Part shown: positions 10,354 to 23,389 of the stretch, in pieces
How the letters are laid out: every line of letters begins with the position of its first letter
How positions within the stretch are numbered: the stretch's first letter is position 1
NCBI RefSeq assembly: GCF_001194135.2
Contig: NC_068983.1
Span: 99,005,420-99,069,419, forward strand
Direction: 5' to 3'
Length of the DNA stretch: 64,000 bases
Origin: Octopus bimaculoides
Lineage: Eukaryota
Translations under genes and position numbers: made by a program
The notes under the pieces: model-generated
Database searches by the model: none
Told to the model about the DNA's origin: nothing
What the model saw: the letters and a program-made list of their open reading frames with translations, nothing else

Positions 10354-12657
10354 CCTGAAATATATGGGGAACAGCTTTTCCTTCCAATTTAATCTTTTTA
10401 TTAAGGTTTTCTCATATATGTGTATCAGATTCTAATGGTTCATACTGCACAATAAAGCTTCCAAATTGCTCTTTATTAATTTCCAGGTTATCTCAGCCTC
10501 ATCTTCAGGATGTTAAGTGGTTTTTGCTTCCCTTTTTATAGTGGGCTCCTTATATCTATAGAGATTTTCTTGCTAGAACTTGACCATATTTGTATCAGTG
10601 GCAGCTTGTGTATAGGCACTTAGAACTGCAGCACCCCTATTTCTACTCGATATTATCGATAACATTCAATATAATGAGTCCTTTTTTTCTTTAATTCTTT
10701 CTATATACTTGTACATTATATAATCCTTAAGCTTAATATCAGTTCTTATACCCTAGTTTATGAAGAAAAATACAAAAATCCTGGTATAGAACTGTGTGCT
10801 TCACAGTTCCAGCAACATGGTGTTTGGCTGTTGTGCATAGGAAGCTTCACACTAGGGAGAGAGGGAGAGAGCACTGCATGAACGGCAGTGCTGACTCTTG
10901 TGTTCTGATGAAAGGTAGTGTTTCTTTTTGACTCCATGTCTGTTGTACTTAAAAGCATGTTTATATTCTTGAATGTGATAAAGTGTAGAATTAGATTATT
11001 ATCCTGCTTCCAGCTTCAGTATTGCTGCCAGGATTTGAAAAATAGGGCACATTTGCCCCCCCCCCCTCCTCCTTATTTTGTGATTTAAGTGGGAATTTTG
11101 GAAAACAAAGGGGAATTCACGTTGGTGTTCAGTAAACAAATTAAACACAATACCTGGCAGTGGTTAAAACGCAAACCAATCAAGTTTATGTATAAATTTT
11201 CTTCTTATATATTTGTTTACTTTTACACAATATTAAAACAGCCCAAAATTTTCTGAAGCAACATCCCCACTAATTTTATCTACGAGCCACCACTGGTGCT
11301 GTATGTTAACTGTAGCCTTGTGTTGCAATATTAATGTTACTTCCATAATCAGTCTTCTATTTCTGTGAGGAATTCTATAAAGTATGGAAATATTTTGTTT
11401 GCTTGCCTATCTAGTTTAGTTTTATGGTGTGTGGTGTAGTGTGTCATAATTTCTCCTTGTTTTAAAAGTATGTGAGTTTATAAAAGAATGTTGTACTTGT
11501 TTACCTAATGCAACAGTTGGAATTATGAAATTTGCAACTTTAAATTTTACAGTCAAATTTGTAAATTACAATGGTCATTCTAAGGTTTACATATTTGCAA
11601 TATGTTTTTAATAAGGAAGATTTTGGTCTTATTATTCTGTAATATATATAACTAGTGTCAGCTTTATGGGTATCAGTTTTTATTGCATGTACTATGAAGT
11701 AAATCTTAGAATCCATCATCAATGTTTACAATGGTTTAANNNNNNNNNNNNNNNNNNNNNNNNNNNNNNNNNNNNNNNNNNNNNNNNNNNNNNNNNNNNN
11801 NNNNNNNNNNNNNNNNNNNNNNNNNNNNNNNNNNNNNNNNNNNNNNNNNNNNNNNNNNNNNNNNNNNNNNNNNNNNNNNNNNNNNNNNNNNNNNNNNNNN
11901 NNNNNNNNNNNNNNNNNNNNNNNNNNNNNNNNNNNNNNNNNNNNNNNNNNNNNNNNNNNNNNNNNNNNNNNNNNNNNNNNNNNNNNNNNNNNNNNNNNNN
12001 NNNNNNNNNNNNNNNNNNNNNNNNNNNNNNNNNNNNNNNNNNNNNNNNNNNNNNNNNNNNNNNNNNNNNNNNNNNNNNNNNNNNNNNNNNNNNNNNNNNN
12101 NNNNNNNNNNNNNNNNNNNNNNNNNNNNNNNNNNNNNNNNNNNNNNNNNNNNNNNNNNNNNNNNNNNNNNNNNNNNNNNNNNNNNNNNNNNNNNNNNNNN
12201 NNNNNNNNNNNNNNNNNNNNNNNNNNNNNNNNNNNNNNNNNNNNNNNNNNNNNNNNNNNNNNNNNNNNNNNNNNNNNNNNNNNNNNNNNNNNNNNNNNNN
12301 NNNNNNNNNNNNNNNNNNNNNNNNNNNNNNNNNNNNNNNNNNNNNNNNNNNNNNNNNNNNNNNNNNNNNNNNNNNNNNNNNNNNNNNNNNNNNNNNNNNN
12401 NNNNNNNNNNNNNNNNNNNNNNNNNNNNNNNNNNNNNNNNNNNNNNNNNNNNNNNNNNNNNNNNNNNNNNNNNNNNNNNNNNNNNNNNNNNNNNNNNNNN
12501 NNNNNNNNNNNNNNNNNNNNNNNNNNNNNNNNNNNNNNNNNNNNNNNNNNNNNNNNNNNNNNNNNNNNNNNNNNNNNNNNNNNNNNNNNNNNNNNNNNNN
12601 NNNNNNNNNNNNNNNNNNNNNNNNNNNNNNNNNNNNNNNNNNNNNNNNNNNNNNNNN

Positions 12658-12690
<33 letters not shown>

Positions 12691-13231
12691 ATTATTGGTT
12701 ATATCTGTTACATATATCTTATCAGTTGTTTATTTGAAATCAACACTGAATGCTTTCCATCAGTGCTTGTTTAAAATTTTGATTTGGCTCATTTTGATGA
12801 ATTGAAAACAATTGAAATAGAATTTTGACAATATCAGTAAATAAATATCTGGGCAAATGATTCTCCAGAAGTCAAAGGAGAGATAATCTATCTAAAAGCT
12901 CATTGAATTTTAGGATATTTTTTCTTAACCTTTCTTAATGTGTATTCTTAGGTATCTTATTTAAGTTTAGCTTATTAAAATGTTCTGGAAAGTTTAAGGA
13001 AGAGTACGATGAGAATCTCTCTGGTCTGATGATGTAATATTTCAGCCAAAACAGACATGGAGTTTGAACAGCCCTTCAGCTGGTCAGCTACTGTCAAACC
13101 ATCTAACCCATACCAGCATGGAAAACAGACACATGATGATGATGATGATGATGATGACTGTTTTAAATTTTAGCTTCAAAATTCTATCAAAGACAAAATA
13201 TTGTTAATGAAAGATCTGAGTAAAAGTTTAC

Positions 13232-13357
13232 CTGCATGAGAAAGAATAAAACCATCATTGTAATAAGCTCTGGGTTCACGGTAATTGCCCATGATATCTG
13301 GAATTTGTTGGCTGTGATACATACGAAGATTGCCTTCATAAACATACCGACCTTGCA
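13232..13357 (-). CDS. Host gene Tyr-rich exon (VQGRYVYEGNLRMYHSQQIPDIMGNYREPRAYYNDGFILSHA)
   Basis: ttttttccag|TG...GCAG|gtaaac, 126 nt, phase 1-1, joins in frame on both sides. Confidence 0.9.
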
Positions 13358-14085
13358 CTGGAAAAAATTAATTCAGTTTTTTTACTCACTATGTTATTTA
13401 TGAAAAATACTTTTAGATGTTTTAAAATCAATAATGTCATAGAGTAGTTTATAGTCTGAGTTCATATGATCAATATAAGAAGAAAATGGTAATATTATGA
13501 TTTCTTAAGACAGTTAACTTCATCTCCAGTAAATAAAAGCTTTTTTTCAAAATTTATATCCATATAATGCTATACAATTGGTTTGATTTCTGATAGTCAT
13601 AAAACGATCTTACTTCCAGCAGTGTACATAGTATAAGATTGGATACAAGGAAGGAACTTTTATTTTTACATAAAAGACACCATTCTAATCCACTGGCAAA
13701 AAAAAAACAAACATAATTAACCTTAATTTAGAAATAAAAGCTCCTGGTTTGAATCTAGTCTAGTATTGAGTATTCATCCAGAAATATAACACCTGATGAT
13801 GAAAAGCAGTTTAGTTGTAAAACTTAAATTCTTTCATTTCTAAAGATGAAGTTAACAGTCTAAAAAAAAATTACAATCTTACTAACAGCTTATGTTGGAT
13901 GTGCTGGAAAATCCAAATTCAATTAGTTAGACAAGGATCAATTTTTGAGAATTTATATTATTTGTGCCAATTCTAAAAAAAAATTTATTTGAGTACATAT
14001 TCTTCTATTGACTCCTCAGGCTGTTCAAAGCTTTGTGAGTGGATTGGATAGTTATAAACTGAAAGAAGCCCATCACAATTATATA

Positions 14086-14123
<38 letters not shown>

Positions 14124-14189
14124 NNNNNNNNNNTTACCCTGGGTTTCTCGCTCACAAGGGGTTTAGCCTTAAGGCATATCTTCAGATCA

Positions 14190-14256
14190 TATGGTGTAGT
14201 GGTTAAGAGTGTGGGCTACTAACCCCTAGATTCCGAGTTCGATTCCAGGCATTGAA

Positions 14257-14299
<43 letters not shown>

Positions 14300-14440
14300 T
14301 CGAAAAATACCTTAGGAATGAGAACCTAGGTTCAAAATTTCCCCAAGACACCTGATGAAGGCTGGAGGGTATATCAGCCGAAACGTTGTGTTAACAACAA
14401 ACAAGATGAGGAAAAATATCCGTCAAATGTAAATAATGTA
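14190..14440 (+). mobile_element. Family D SINE, best-preserved copy, with minimal hammerhead-like motif at 14347-14392
   Basis: A-box TGGTGTAGTGG, B-box GTTCGATTCC, (AAT)n, then GACAC-CTGATGA-a-GGCTG/CAGCC-GAA-ACGT-T-GTGTT. Confidence 0.85.
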
Positions 14441-14684
14441 AATAATTATTTAAGCAAGTTTAAAGTGATTTTTTTTGTGCTGTAAACCATTTCTGTGATG
14501 CCCCCTCCTTCCCTTGATGTCCTAAGCACATGCTTATTTTGCTTAATGGTTAATCCTGCACTGATTACAGTAAAATATGCAAGAACTAGGGATAGAGAGA
14601 ACAAAGATTTATAAAGAATAACTTTCTGAGAGTTCAATCAGTATCATTAATTAAGAAAAGTATCATATAAAGATTGATTCTTAC

Positions 14685-14953
14685 CATTAGTGACATTGGG
14701 CATTGATAAAATGTCTCTCATGAGAACAGGGTTTTTTCTTACACCATTCTTAAGTTCATAGTAAGCATCATTCGGTCCTGATGCTTGCATGTATGGTTTT
14801 GTCATCCATAGACGAGAAGAACCAACCTTTGGCATAGGTTTTGGTGACTGTTCTTCTCTGTGACTCCTGAGTGACTGGCTGTTGCTGGAATCAGTTGCCA
14901 CAGCTGGAAGGTTGTTGAAGTTCTGGTTTCTTCTCTTGCGCTTGCTTCTAGGT
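14685..14953 (-). CDS. Host gene juxtamembrane exon (PRSKRKRRNQ...SMPNVTN)
   Basis: tcatattctag|A...AATG|gtaaga, 269 nt, phase 2-1; polybasic run directly follows the TM exon. Confidence 0.9.
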
Positions 14954-14967
14954 CTAGAATATGATAA

Positions 14968-15006
<39 letters not shown>

Positions 15007-15029
15007 CATGTGTACATGTGTATATACAT

Positions 15030-15179
15030 CTACACTCTCTGAGTGGTTGGCGTTAGGAAGGGCATCCAGCTGTAGAAACTTTGTCAAATCAGATTGGAGC
15101 CTGGTGTAGCCATCTGGTTTCACCAGTCCTCAGTCAAATCGTCCAACCCATGCTAGCATGGAAGCGGACGTTAAACAAC

Positions 15180-15226
<47 letters not shown>

Positions 15227-15512
15227 CATGTATGAAGACATGGGACAAAGGATCTTTGGGTGCTGGGCCTCACTGAGGAAAGGACAAGGGACCAGGAAAT
15301 GTGGAGATTTGCTGTACTTGATAAGACATGTCAAACTAAGAAAAGTCGATGTCTTCCACACACATACAGGCTTGTCCTTTCAGGTGCCACATAAAAAGCA
15401 CTCAGCACACTCTGTCAAGTGGTTGGCATTAGGAAGGGCAGCTCCCAGCTGGTCAGCTCCATGTCAAACCCATGTCAGCATGGAAAACAGACATTAAACG
15501 ATAATGATGATG

Positions 15513-15515
<3 letters not shown>
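15030..15515 (+). mobile_element. Two 5'-truncated RTE 3'-tail copies ending in (GAT)n
   Basis: ttggcgttaggaagggcatccagc...ccatgctagcatggaa...aacgatgatg; same tail as the long RTE copies at 26.5 and 39.0 kb; also at ~13.0, 26.0, 29.1 and 34.4 kb. Confidence 0.8.
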
Positions 15516-15558
<43 letters not shown>

Positions 15559-15800
15559 TGTCTGTAAAACATAAATCTGAAAGAAGAAGCACACTCTAAG
15601 ATATAAGAGCAGCATATATTAAAAATGGGGAAGGCGAGTTCATAGGATTACCCTAGGTTTCCCATCCATAAAGGGTTTAACTTTATGGCATATTGTCAGA
15701 TCCAAAAACCTGTTGGCTCAAGACCTCTTAAAAATATGGAGGGGGAAATGCCTTCGCTATGCACACACAAACACACACACAAAAATACACACATGTATAT

Positions 15801-15840
<40 letters not shown>

Positions 15841-16647
15841 GACAACAGACAGATACACACAGTTGTTCAAAAGTCCTTTTAGCATCTAAATGATATGTAT
15901 TTTTTTTTTATTTTGTTACAATTTTGTTTTTATATATATTTAATACTATCTTTACTATTTTGTTCTGAATACGTTTTGATATAATATGTATAAATTGTTT
16001 GATATATTTTAGAAAAATATTAATATCAAAATATGAGAGAGACTATTCATTGTCCTAAGAATGGCACCATCTAATAATTGTAATACTGTTCAATTGTTTG
16101 AGAATACCTTGTTGAATTTCCCAGGGTGGTCCAGGCAGTTAGTTTATATTAATACTAAAGGGACTTTTAAATCAGCCTTCACACACATATATATATACAC
16201 AAAAGGAAAAAATGGATCAAAGGTCCTTCCCAAGCCATAGGCTCATAAGGCTGGTTTCCCAGATTCTGTGGGATATATACCCCCTCCCCCAACCATTGGA
16301 TGGGATGCTGGTCCATTGCATGATTTTTCATTCTGTCAGCTGAGTAAACTGGAGCAGTGTGAAATGAAGTGTTTTACTCAAGAACACAATGCAATGCTTA
16401 ATCTAGGAACTGAAACCACAATTTCAAGATTATGAATGCAACACTCTTAACCACTAAGCCACATGCTTCCACAAACACACACACACTCGCATACATACGT
16501 ATATATGAAATCATCTAAAATAGAAAATATAAGCAGAACCTCTCATGAGAGTCAAAATATATGCTCGTTAGCAGGTCATGTGCCTACATTACACTTAAGA
16601 AATCCTGAGCAAATTAATCAGTCACAATAGCACTTATATACAACAGG

Positions 16648-16975
16648 ATGTGAAGTTGCGTGGCTTAGTGGTTAGGGTATTCACCTTACAATCATAAGGG
16701 CGTAAGTTCAATTCCCGGCGATCGTTGTGTCCTTGAGCAAGACACTTTATTTCACGTTACTCAGTCCTCTCAGCTGGCAAAAGTGAGTGGTACCTGTATT
16801 TCAAAGGGCCGGTCTTGTCACACTCTGTGCTATGCTGAATCTCCCTGAGAACTATGTTAAGGGTACATGTATTTGTGTAGTGCTCAGCCACTTGTTCATT
16901 AATTCCAGAAGCAGGCTGTTCTGTTGATGAAATCAACTGGAACCCTCATCACCATAACTGATGGAGTGCCAGTTA
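16648..16975 (+). mobile_element. tRNA-derived SINE, family C variant with long central domain
   Basis: tggcttagtggttagg A-box, gttcaattcc B-box, gtgtccttgagcaagacac core; reverse copy at ~34780-35090; related copies at 16215-16470 (-), 17160-17410, 25718-26000, 30440-30660 and 57270-57522. Confidence 0.8.
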
Positions 16976-18194
16976 GAAGAGGAAGAATGTACTGTGGAAG
17001 CAGGACAGCTTCAGGTGGGTTGGTATTAAAAGAATTAAATATATAACATTTCTAAGGAAACCTAAGACATTAAAAAATTGGACAGATTATCTCATAGGAA
17101 TTGTACCTCATATCTATGGAAGGCTGCACTTTTTTCTGTGTGTGTGTGTGTGTGAGTGGGGGGAGCATGTGGTTTAGTGGTTAGGGTGTTGGATTCATGA
17201 TCATATGATTTTGGCTTAGATTCCTGGACCAGGTGATGCATAGTTGTTCTTGAACAAAACACTTCATTTCACATTGCTCCAGTTCACTCAGCTGGCAAAA
17301 ATGTGTAATCTTGCAATGGACTAGAATCCAATCCAGTGGGGGAATATATACACCACAGAATCCGGGGAAATCAGTCATTTGAACCTATGGCTTGTGAAGG
17401 ACCTTTGATCCTTTGGGTATGTATGTATGTGTGTATGTATGTATGTATATATATATATATATATATATNNNNNNNNNNNNNNNNNNNNNNNNNNNNNNNN
17501 NNNNNNNNNNNNNNNNNNNNNNNNNNNNNNNNNNNNNNNNNNNNNNNNNNNNNNNNNNNNNNNNNNNNNNNNNNNNNNNNNNNNNNNNNNNNNNNNNNNN
17601 NNNNNNNNNNNNNNNNNNNNNNNNNNNNNNNNNNNNNNNNNNNNNNNNNNNNNNNNNNNNNNNNNNNNNNNNNNNNNNNNNNNNNNNNNNNNNNNNNNNN
17701 NNNNNNNNNNNNNNNNNNNNNNNNNNNNNNNNNNNNNNNNNNNNNNNNNNNNNNNNNNNNNNNNNNNNNNNNNNNNNNNNNNNNNNNNNNNNNNNNNNNN
17801 NNNNNNNNNNNNNNNNNNNNNNNNNNNNNNNNNNNNNNNNNNNNNNNNNNNNNNNNNNNNNNNNNNNNNNNNNNNNNNNNNNNNNNNNNNNNNNNNNNNN
17901 NNNNNNNNNNNNNNNNNNNNNNNNNNNNNNNNNNNNNNNNNNNNNNNNNNNNNNNNNNNNNNNNNNNNNNNNNNNNNNNNNNNNNNNNNNNNNNNNNNNN
18001 NNNNNNNNNNNNNNNNNNNNNNNNNNNNNNNNNNNNNNNNNNNNNNNNNNNNNNNNNNNNNNNNNNNNNNNNNNNNNNNNNNNNNNNNNNNNNNNNNNNN
18101 NNNNNNNNNNNNNNNNNNNNNNNNNNNNNNNNNNNNNNNNNNNNNNNNNNNNNNNNNNNNNNNNNNNNNNNNNNNNNNNNNNNNNNNNNNATAT

Positions 18195-18560
18195 AATACA
18201 CGCTCACGTGGTCACACCAGCTAATCCTGTCTCCATTCATCAAACACGAACTTCTGGATTCTACCTTCTTTCATTCTGGATTTATTCTTTCTGGACTGTT
18301 TTACTCTGAACTCTACACCCTCCGGCTGCACCTCTCCTACCCACGGATTACACTGGACCCATCTTCTGATTGGAAATCGCCTCAATATACCACGACGTCT
18401 AAAAAACTTTTGAACTTTTGACTCCGTATTCTTTCTGTTGATGGGCGTAGCTCGAAACGTTAAAGACTTTCTGTATTCCCGAACGTCAAACTAATACATC
18501 CTTTTGTTGTTTACACCACCTGTCCTCGTCTGTTGTTGTTTTTTTTTCGTACATTCTCCC
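18195..18560 (+). mobile_element. Penelope-like element 3'-end remnant with degenerate minimal hammerhead motif (18430-18466)
   Basis: TCTTT-CTGTTGA-t-GGGC/GCTC-GAA-ACGT-T-AAAGA architecture; pyrimidine-rich tail ending at (AT)n. Confidence 0.55.
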
Positions 18561-19042
18561 ATATATATATATATATATGTATATATACACATACATACAT
18601 ACAGACACACACACCAGGGACGCCGAGGTGGGCAAGGTAGGCAGGGCCTACCTTGAATAACATAGATTGATAGCAACATTTTCCTCTCATGGCAAAATAT
18701 GCACATAATTCAATAAAATTATGAAGTTTGGTCTGATTACTAAGCATAAAATGCAAAAAGAATCATGTTTTTGTAGATTAGGTCGACTTAATTCGCCCCC
18801 TGCTTTTTAATCACAGTATTTAAGCTATGCATACTACTGCTGTAGTACACATGCTGAGAACATTTCTACAATAACGTTTTCTTTACATGCTATAAAGGCA
18901 GAAATAGATCTGCCTACAACTGACTCCCGCACCTGTGTTTCGGTTATTTTTTGTGTATTTTCCTATATAAAGGTTGCCAACTGCCTATCCTGAGTAATTA
19001 CTGACAGCATGTACCTGATATACACACACACATATATATATG

Positions 19043-19104
<62 letters not shown>

Positions 19105-19105
<1 letters not shown>

Positions 19106-21501
19106 CTATACTATAATGGAGAAAGCTGCTTATTAATTAGGTATGTAACAATTACTAAAAGAAAGCAATATTAAAAGCTTGATCATCTGGAAATATTTAT
19201 AAAAATTCATGTTCTAAGAAATTTCCTATAATTTTGATTTCTGAAGTTTATTGAATTTTTTTAACTTCAAATTCTCATAAATTTAGATATTCATTTCATT
19301 CACTACGGAGTAGATTTTAATGTTTAATAATGAACATCATTAATTTGTTGCAGGCTACGTTTTTATTTGCAACAGTCTTTCATTCTCGCTCACCTCTATT
19401 TTTTATTAATGATAATTTAATAACAGCTATATAACTTTGATACAAGACACAATTTCAAAAATATTATCAGTTTTCAGAGTTTGTTAAATGAATATTTTTG
19501 ATAAAATGAAAATTTTTTAATATACTGGTATAATTTTAAAGTTATTTTGTGTTTAATGACTGCATGCTATTATNNNNNNNNNNNNNNNNNNNNNNNNNNN
19601 NNNNNNNNNNNNNNNNNNNNNNNNNNNNNNNNNNNNNNNNNNNNNNNNNNNNNNNNNNNNNNNNNNNNNNNNNNNNNNNNNNNNNNNNNNNNNNNNNNNN
19701 NNNNNNNNNNNNNNNNNNNNNNNNNNNNNNNNNNNNNNNNNNNNNNNNNNNNNNNNNNNNNNNNNNNNNNNNNNNNNNNNNNNNNNNNNNNNNNNNNNNN
19801 NNNNNNNNNNNNNNNNNNNNNNNNNNNNNNNNNNNNNNNNNNNNNNNNNNNNNNNNNNNNNNNNNNNNNNNNNNNNNNNNNNNNNNNNNNNNNNNNNNNN
19901 NNNNNNNNNNNNNNNNNNNNNNNNNNNNNNNNNNNNNNNNNNNNNNNNNNNNNNNNNNNNNNNNNNNNNNNNNNNNNNNNNNNNNNNNNNNNNNNNNNNN
20001 NNNNNNNNNNNNNNNNNNNNNNNNNNNNNNNNNNNNNNNNNNNNNNNNNNNNNNNNNNNNNNNNNNNNNNNNNNNNNNNNNNNNNNNNNNNNNNNNNNNN
20101 NNNNNNNNNNNNNNNNNNNNNNNNNNNNNNNNNNNNNNNNNNNNNNNNNNNNNNNNNNNNNNNNNNNNNNNNNNNNNNNNNNNNNNNNNNNNNNNNNNNN
20201 NNNNNNNNNNNNNNNNNNNNNNNNNNNNNNNNNNNNNNNNNNNNNNNNNNNCTTGATGTAGGAAATGGTAACATTTCTGTTGAATAAAGCCTAGGTGAAT
20301 TCAAAATCAAACTACCCAATGACCTTTGCTTTGAAAGTGGTACTTTTTCAGATCTATGTGATTTTGTATATACTGACCTCAAAAATAACTTCCCAAACCC
20401 TGAGTGGCTTGCAAACAGAACTATTGTTACTCCAACAAATGAAGCAACACATTTTGTGAATGATCTTCTGTTGACCAGGATCCCTGGTGAGCTAAAAATA
20501 TACAGAAGCTCAAATACAGTTGATAATGAAACTCTGTACCCAATTGAGTTCATCAACAAACTTACACCATCAGGGTTTCCACCACACTTTCTCAATCTGA
20601 AGAAAAAATTATGCATAATGCGTCTGTGGCACATGCTACATCATTGTCAGTTTATATGATCATGTTATTGAGGTTGAGGTTGCTTCTGGTCCTTATGCAA
20701 GATCAACTCTACTAATCCCAAGAATACCACATGTGTCTCAATAAATGGAATTTCTATTCACATTTAAACGCAAACTGTCAAGCCAGCTTTTATCTTGACA
20801 TGCAACAAGACACAGGGACAGACTTTTGAACAAATTGGAATATATCTTCTAACACAATTCTGCTCAAATGGTCAGCTGTATGTTGCATTATCTAGAGTTC
20901 AAAAGAAGGCTAATATAAAAATATTAGCTGAGAGAAATGGAAACAGTATGATTACTAACAATTGTGTCTATAAGGAGATATTACTTTAAAGCAAAATATG
21001 CTTTTTAGCAAATTTCAGCAAATAGAATTCACGCATAAAATCATATGTAAAGTAACATATATTTGTGTGGAATTAAATTGTTTTGGCATATTTCAACACA
21101 TACCAAATGAATGATATCGTTATATTAGATTATTCTAAATTTGGGTATATTTGAAAAATTAAGGAAACGCCATTCCCATGTGTTCTCACAGCACCAGACT
21201 TTTGTGTGTGTGTGTGTGTATCCCTCCCTCCCCCTATCTATCTATTTATCTATCTATCTATGCTCAGTAAGTTCTATCAATTATTAATGATAGATATATA
21301 TAACAGATTGACTCTTTAAAAAACAGAGATTATGATTGTGATAAAATAATGAAAGCAATATTTACTGAGCAAGTGAGCACTAATATACAAAGAAATAATT
21401 AGATGTAAAATATCATAAAAATGGTTAGAACTGGGAATCAAATGTGGGAATATTATCGAGTGGCTAGCAGAAAACTGCCTGGAGGGTGGTCTTTCTGCTA
21501 G
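19105..21501 (+). mobile_element. Non-autonomous Helitron with both termini
   Basis: A|TCTATACTATAA 5' end at 19105; 3' hairpin CTAGCAGAAA...TTTCTGCTAG ending CTAG|T at 21501; internal Pif1-type helicase remnant. Confidence 0.85.
20252..20989 (+). pseudogene. Helitron RepHel helicase C-terminal fragment (frameshifted)
   Basis: YPIEFINKLTPSGFPPH, TCNKTQGQTF, GQLYVALSRV and NCVYKEILL* match Helitron Pif1-family helicase motifs. Confidence 0.9.
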
Positions 21502-22044
21502 TATATATATTGTATCTGTTTGTGTATGTATTACTATGTCAGTATGTGTGGTTGTATTTAAGTGAGAATCCTTTTAAATGGAGTACTACAAAATTCTCTT
21601 AAAGCCCTAATAAGGTTAAATAATATAGCATGTCTTTTCTGTTAGTCAAGTCTGTTATCTAATTACTGTGATCCCTTTAATCTTAAGTCAATTGTCATCC
21701 TACATTTTCTATAAATTTCAAGATGAGTCAAATATTGCAGTTGATTATTTTGTTAATTTCATTAATGAAGTTTTATAGAAATGATCAATGCCACCTGTTA
21801 TTGAGATGCTGAAGGGTAGCACAAAGATAATCTGTTAAATTGAAGTACAATTAAATCAAGAAATAAGTTTTAGCCAAGGAGACAGTTTAAGCTTCCTCAT
21901 TTGGATTAATTAGGAGTTCTGAAATCTGTAAATCTTTGAAACAATAACAATTACATTTTGAAGATGTTTCAGCATTTTAATCTCATCAAGACCCAACATT
22001 ATAGTTATATATATTGATTTAACTGCTCAACTATTCATCTAATG

Positions 22045-22254
22045 CAAGGGTTGGTGAACCAGGGTAAATTACCCCAAGTGGGGTTAAAATGAAATTCTCA
22101 TGGGTAATGAGGACTCATTAGACATAAGTAAAATTATATAAAAAATGTATTCCATGTTATCTATGATTTTCTTTCATTTGAATCAAGGGGTAACATTAGC
22201 GTAAATAAATATATTTTGGAGTAATTGGTTAAAAAAGCTCCCCAAACCTGCCTG
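22045..22254. mobile_element. hAT-like MITE
   Basis: CAAGGGTTGGTGAA left end, ...CCCCAAACCTG right end, near-identical 8-bp flanks ATCTAATG/ATCTAACA. Confidence 0.5.
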
Positions 22255-22269
22255 ATCTAACACACGAGA

Positions 22270-22790
22270 CCTAATGCATCTGTACACCAGATATTCCCTG
22301 CTATACTTATGCTGTACAGATGTAGAGTCTATTGATCCTGCTACTCATCACTCACATCTGGATCTCAGTAGTAAATACTTCCAGTTGTTTCAGCTCAGGG
22401 TCTCTCCTCACCTGAGTTCTTATGTCACTGTTCCACAAAATCCTCCAACCAGCATCAGTTACTGACCATCTCATTTCTTATAGGGAAGACAACTCCTTAA
22501 TATCACCTATCTCTGAAGCCATCATTCTAAGAGACTTTGATGGACACAATTCTATTTTGCTTTCACACTTCTGCAATATTGCTGCTGCAGAAAGTGAATG
22601 TTTTCGCCACTCTCAAATGTTTGTATTACTTGTATGTATCCACTCCTATCCCTGTTCCTGACAAATGTACCAACACATAAACTGCCCTTGATCTCTCTCA
22701 CACCTTCAAAGCCAGTTAGCACCATCTCTGCACCAAATGGATTCTCTGATCACTGCATTATTATTGATTTCATCACATTTTTAATGTCCA
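22270..22790 (+). mobile_element. LINE (CR1/L2-type) APE endonuclease remnant
   Basis: IILRDFDGHN (GDFN-like) and SAPNGFSDHC (SDH catalytic motif) in adjacent frames. Confidence 0.7.
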
Positions 22791-23389
22791 CTTTTCCATG
22801 CTCACATGGATTGGACAGAGTTTATTGAGGCAGATTTTCTAAGAGGGATGCTCTTCCTGTTATCAACCCTCATCTGTTTTCAAGTAAGGTGATATTTCCC
22901 CATGGCCAGACATGTTTTTGCAGAATATTGAAAATTCAATTATGACAATCACATGATGTCAAGACAAGGAGACACAAACATTCTCACACATACACATGTA
23001 CGCACACACACACACACAGATACACATACATATGACAGGATTCTTTCAGTTTCTGCCTGCCAAATCCACTCACAAGGCTTTGGTCAGTCAAGAGCTCAAG
23101 GCTGTAGTAAATACTTGCCCTAGGTGCCATGCAGTGAGACTGAACCCAAAACTACATGAGGCTGGAAAGCAAACTCCTTAACCACATAGCCACATCTGTA
23201 TCAGCTGATGTTACATACTTAACAGTTACATACTTAACAGTCACTTACTACAAAACATTCACCCCATCAATTCTAACCCTCTGGATGGATCCCAGCCTGT
23301 TCTATACTGATTATCCTTAGCAGTAAATGTGTTATACCCCACTTCCACTTTATTTACATGCAGGTATGTTAGTGTGTGAATATATAAAT

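Noticed and set aside
10758-10958. Short ORFs on both strands in unique-looking intron sequence
   Set aside because: No paired splice sites in a phase fitting the host gene and no recognisable motif.
11666-12805. Long ORFs in the track spanning N runs (also 17.3-18.3, 19.5-20.3, 47.7-48.9, 49.5-50.7, 54.6-55.3 and 57.0-57.3 kb)
   Set aside because: Artefacts of translating through assembly gaps. The gaps inside host introns could still hide small exons.
16095-16150. Candidate phase-2 exon ending CAAG|gtattc
   Set aside because: In-frame TAA lies between the donor and the nearest acceptor AG.
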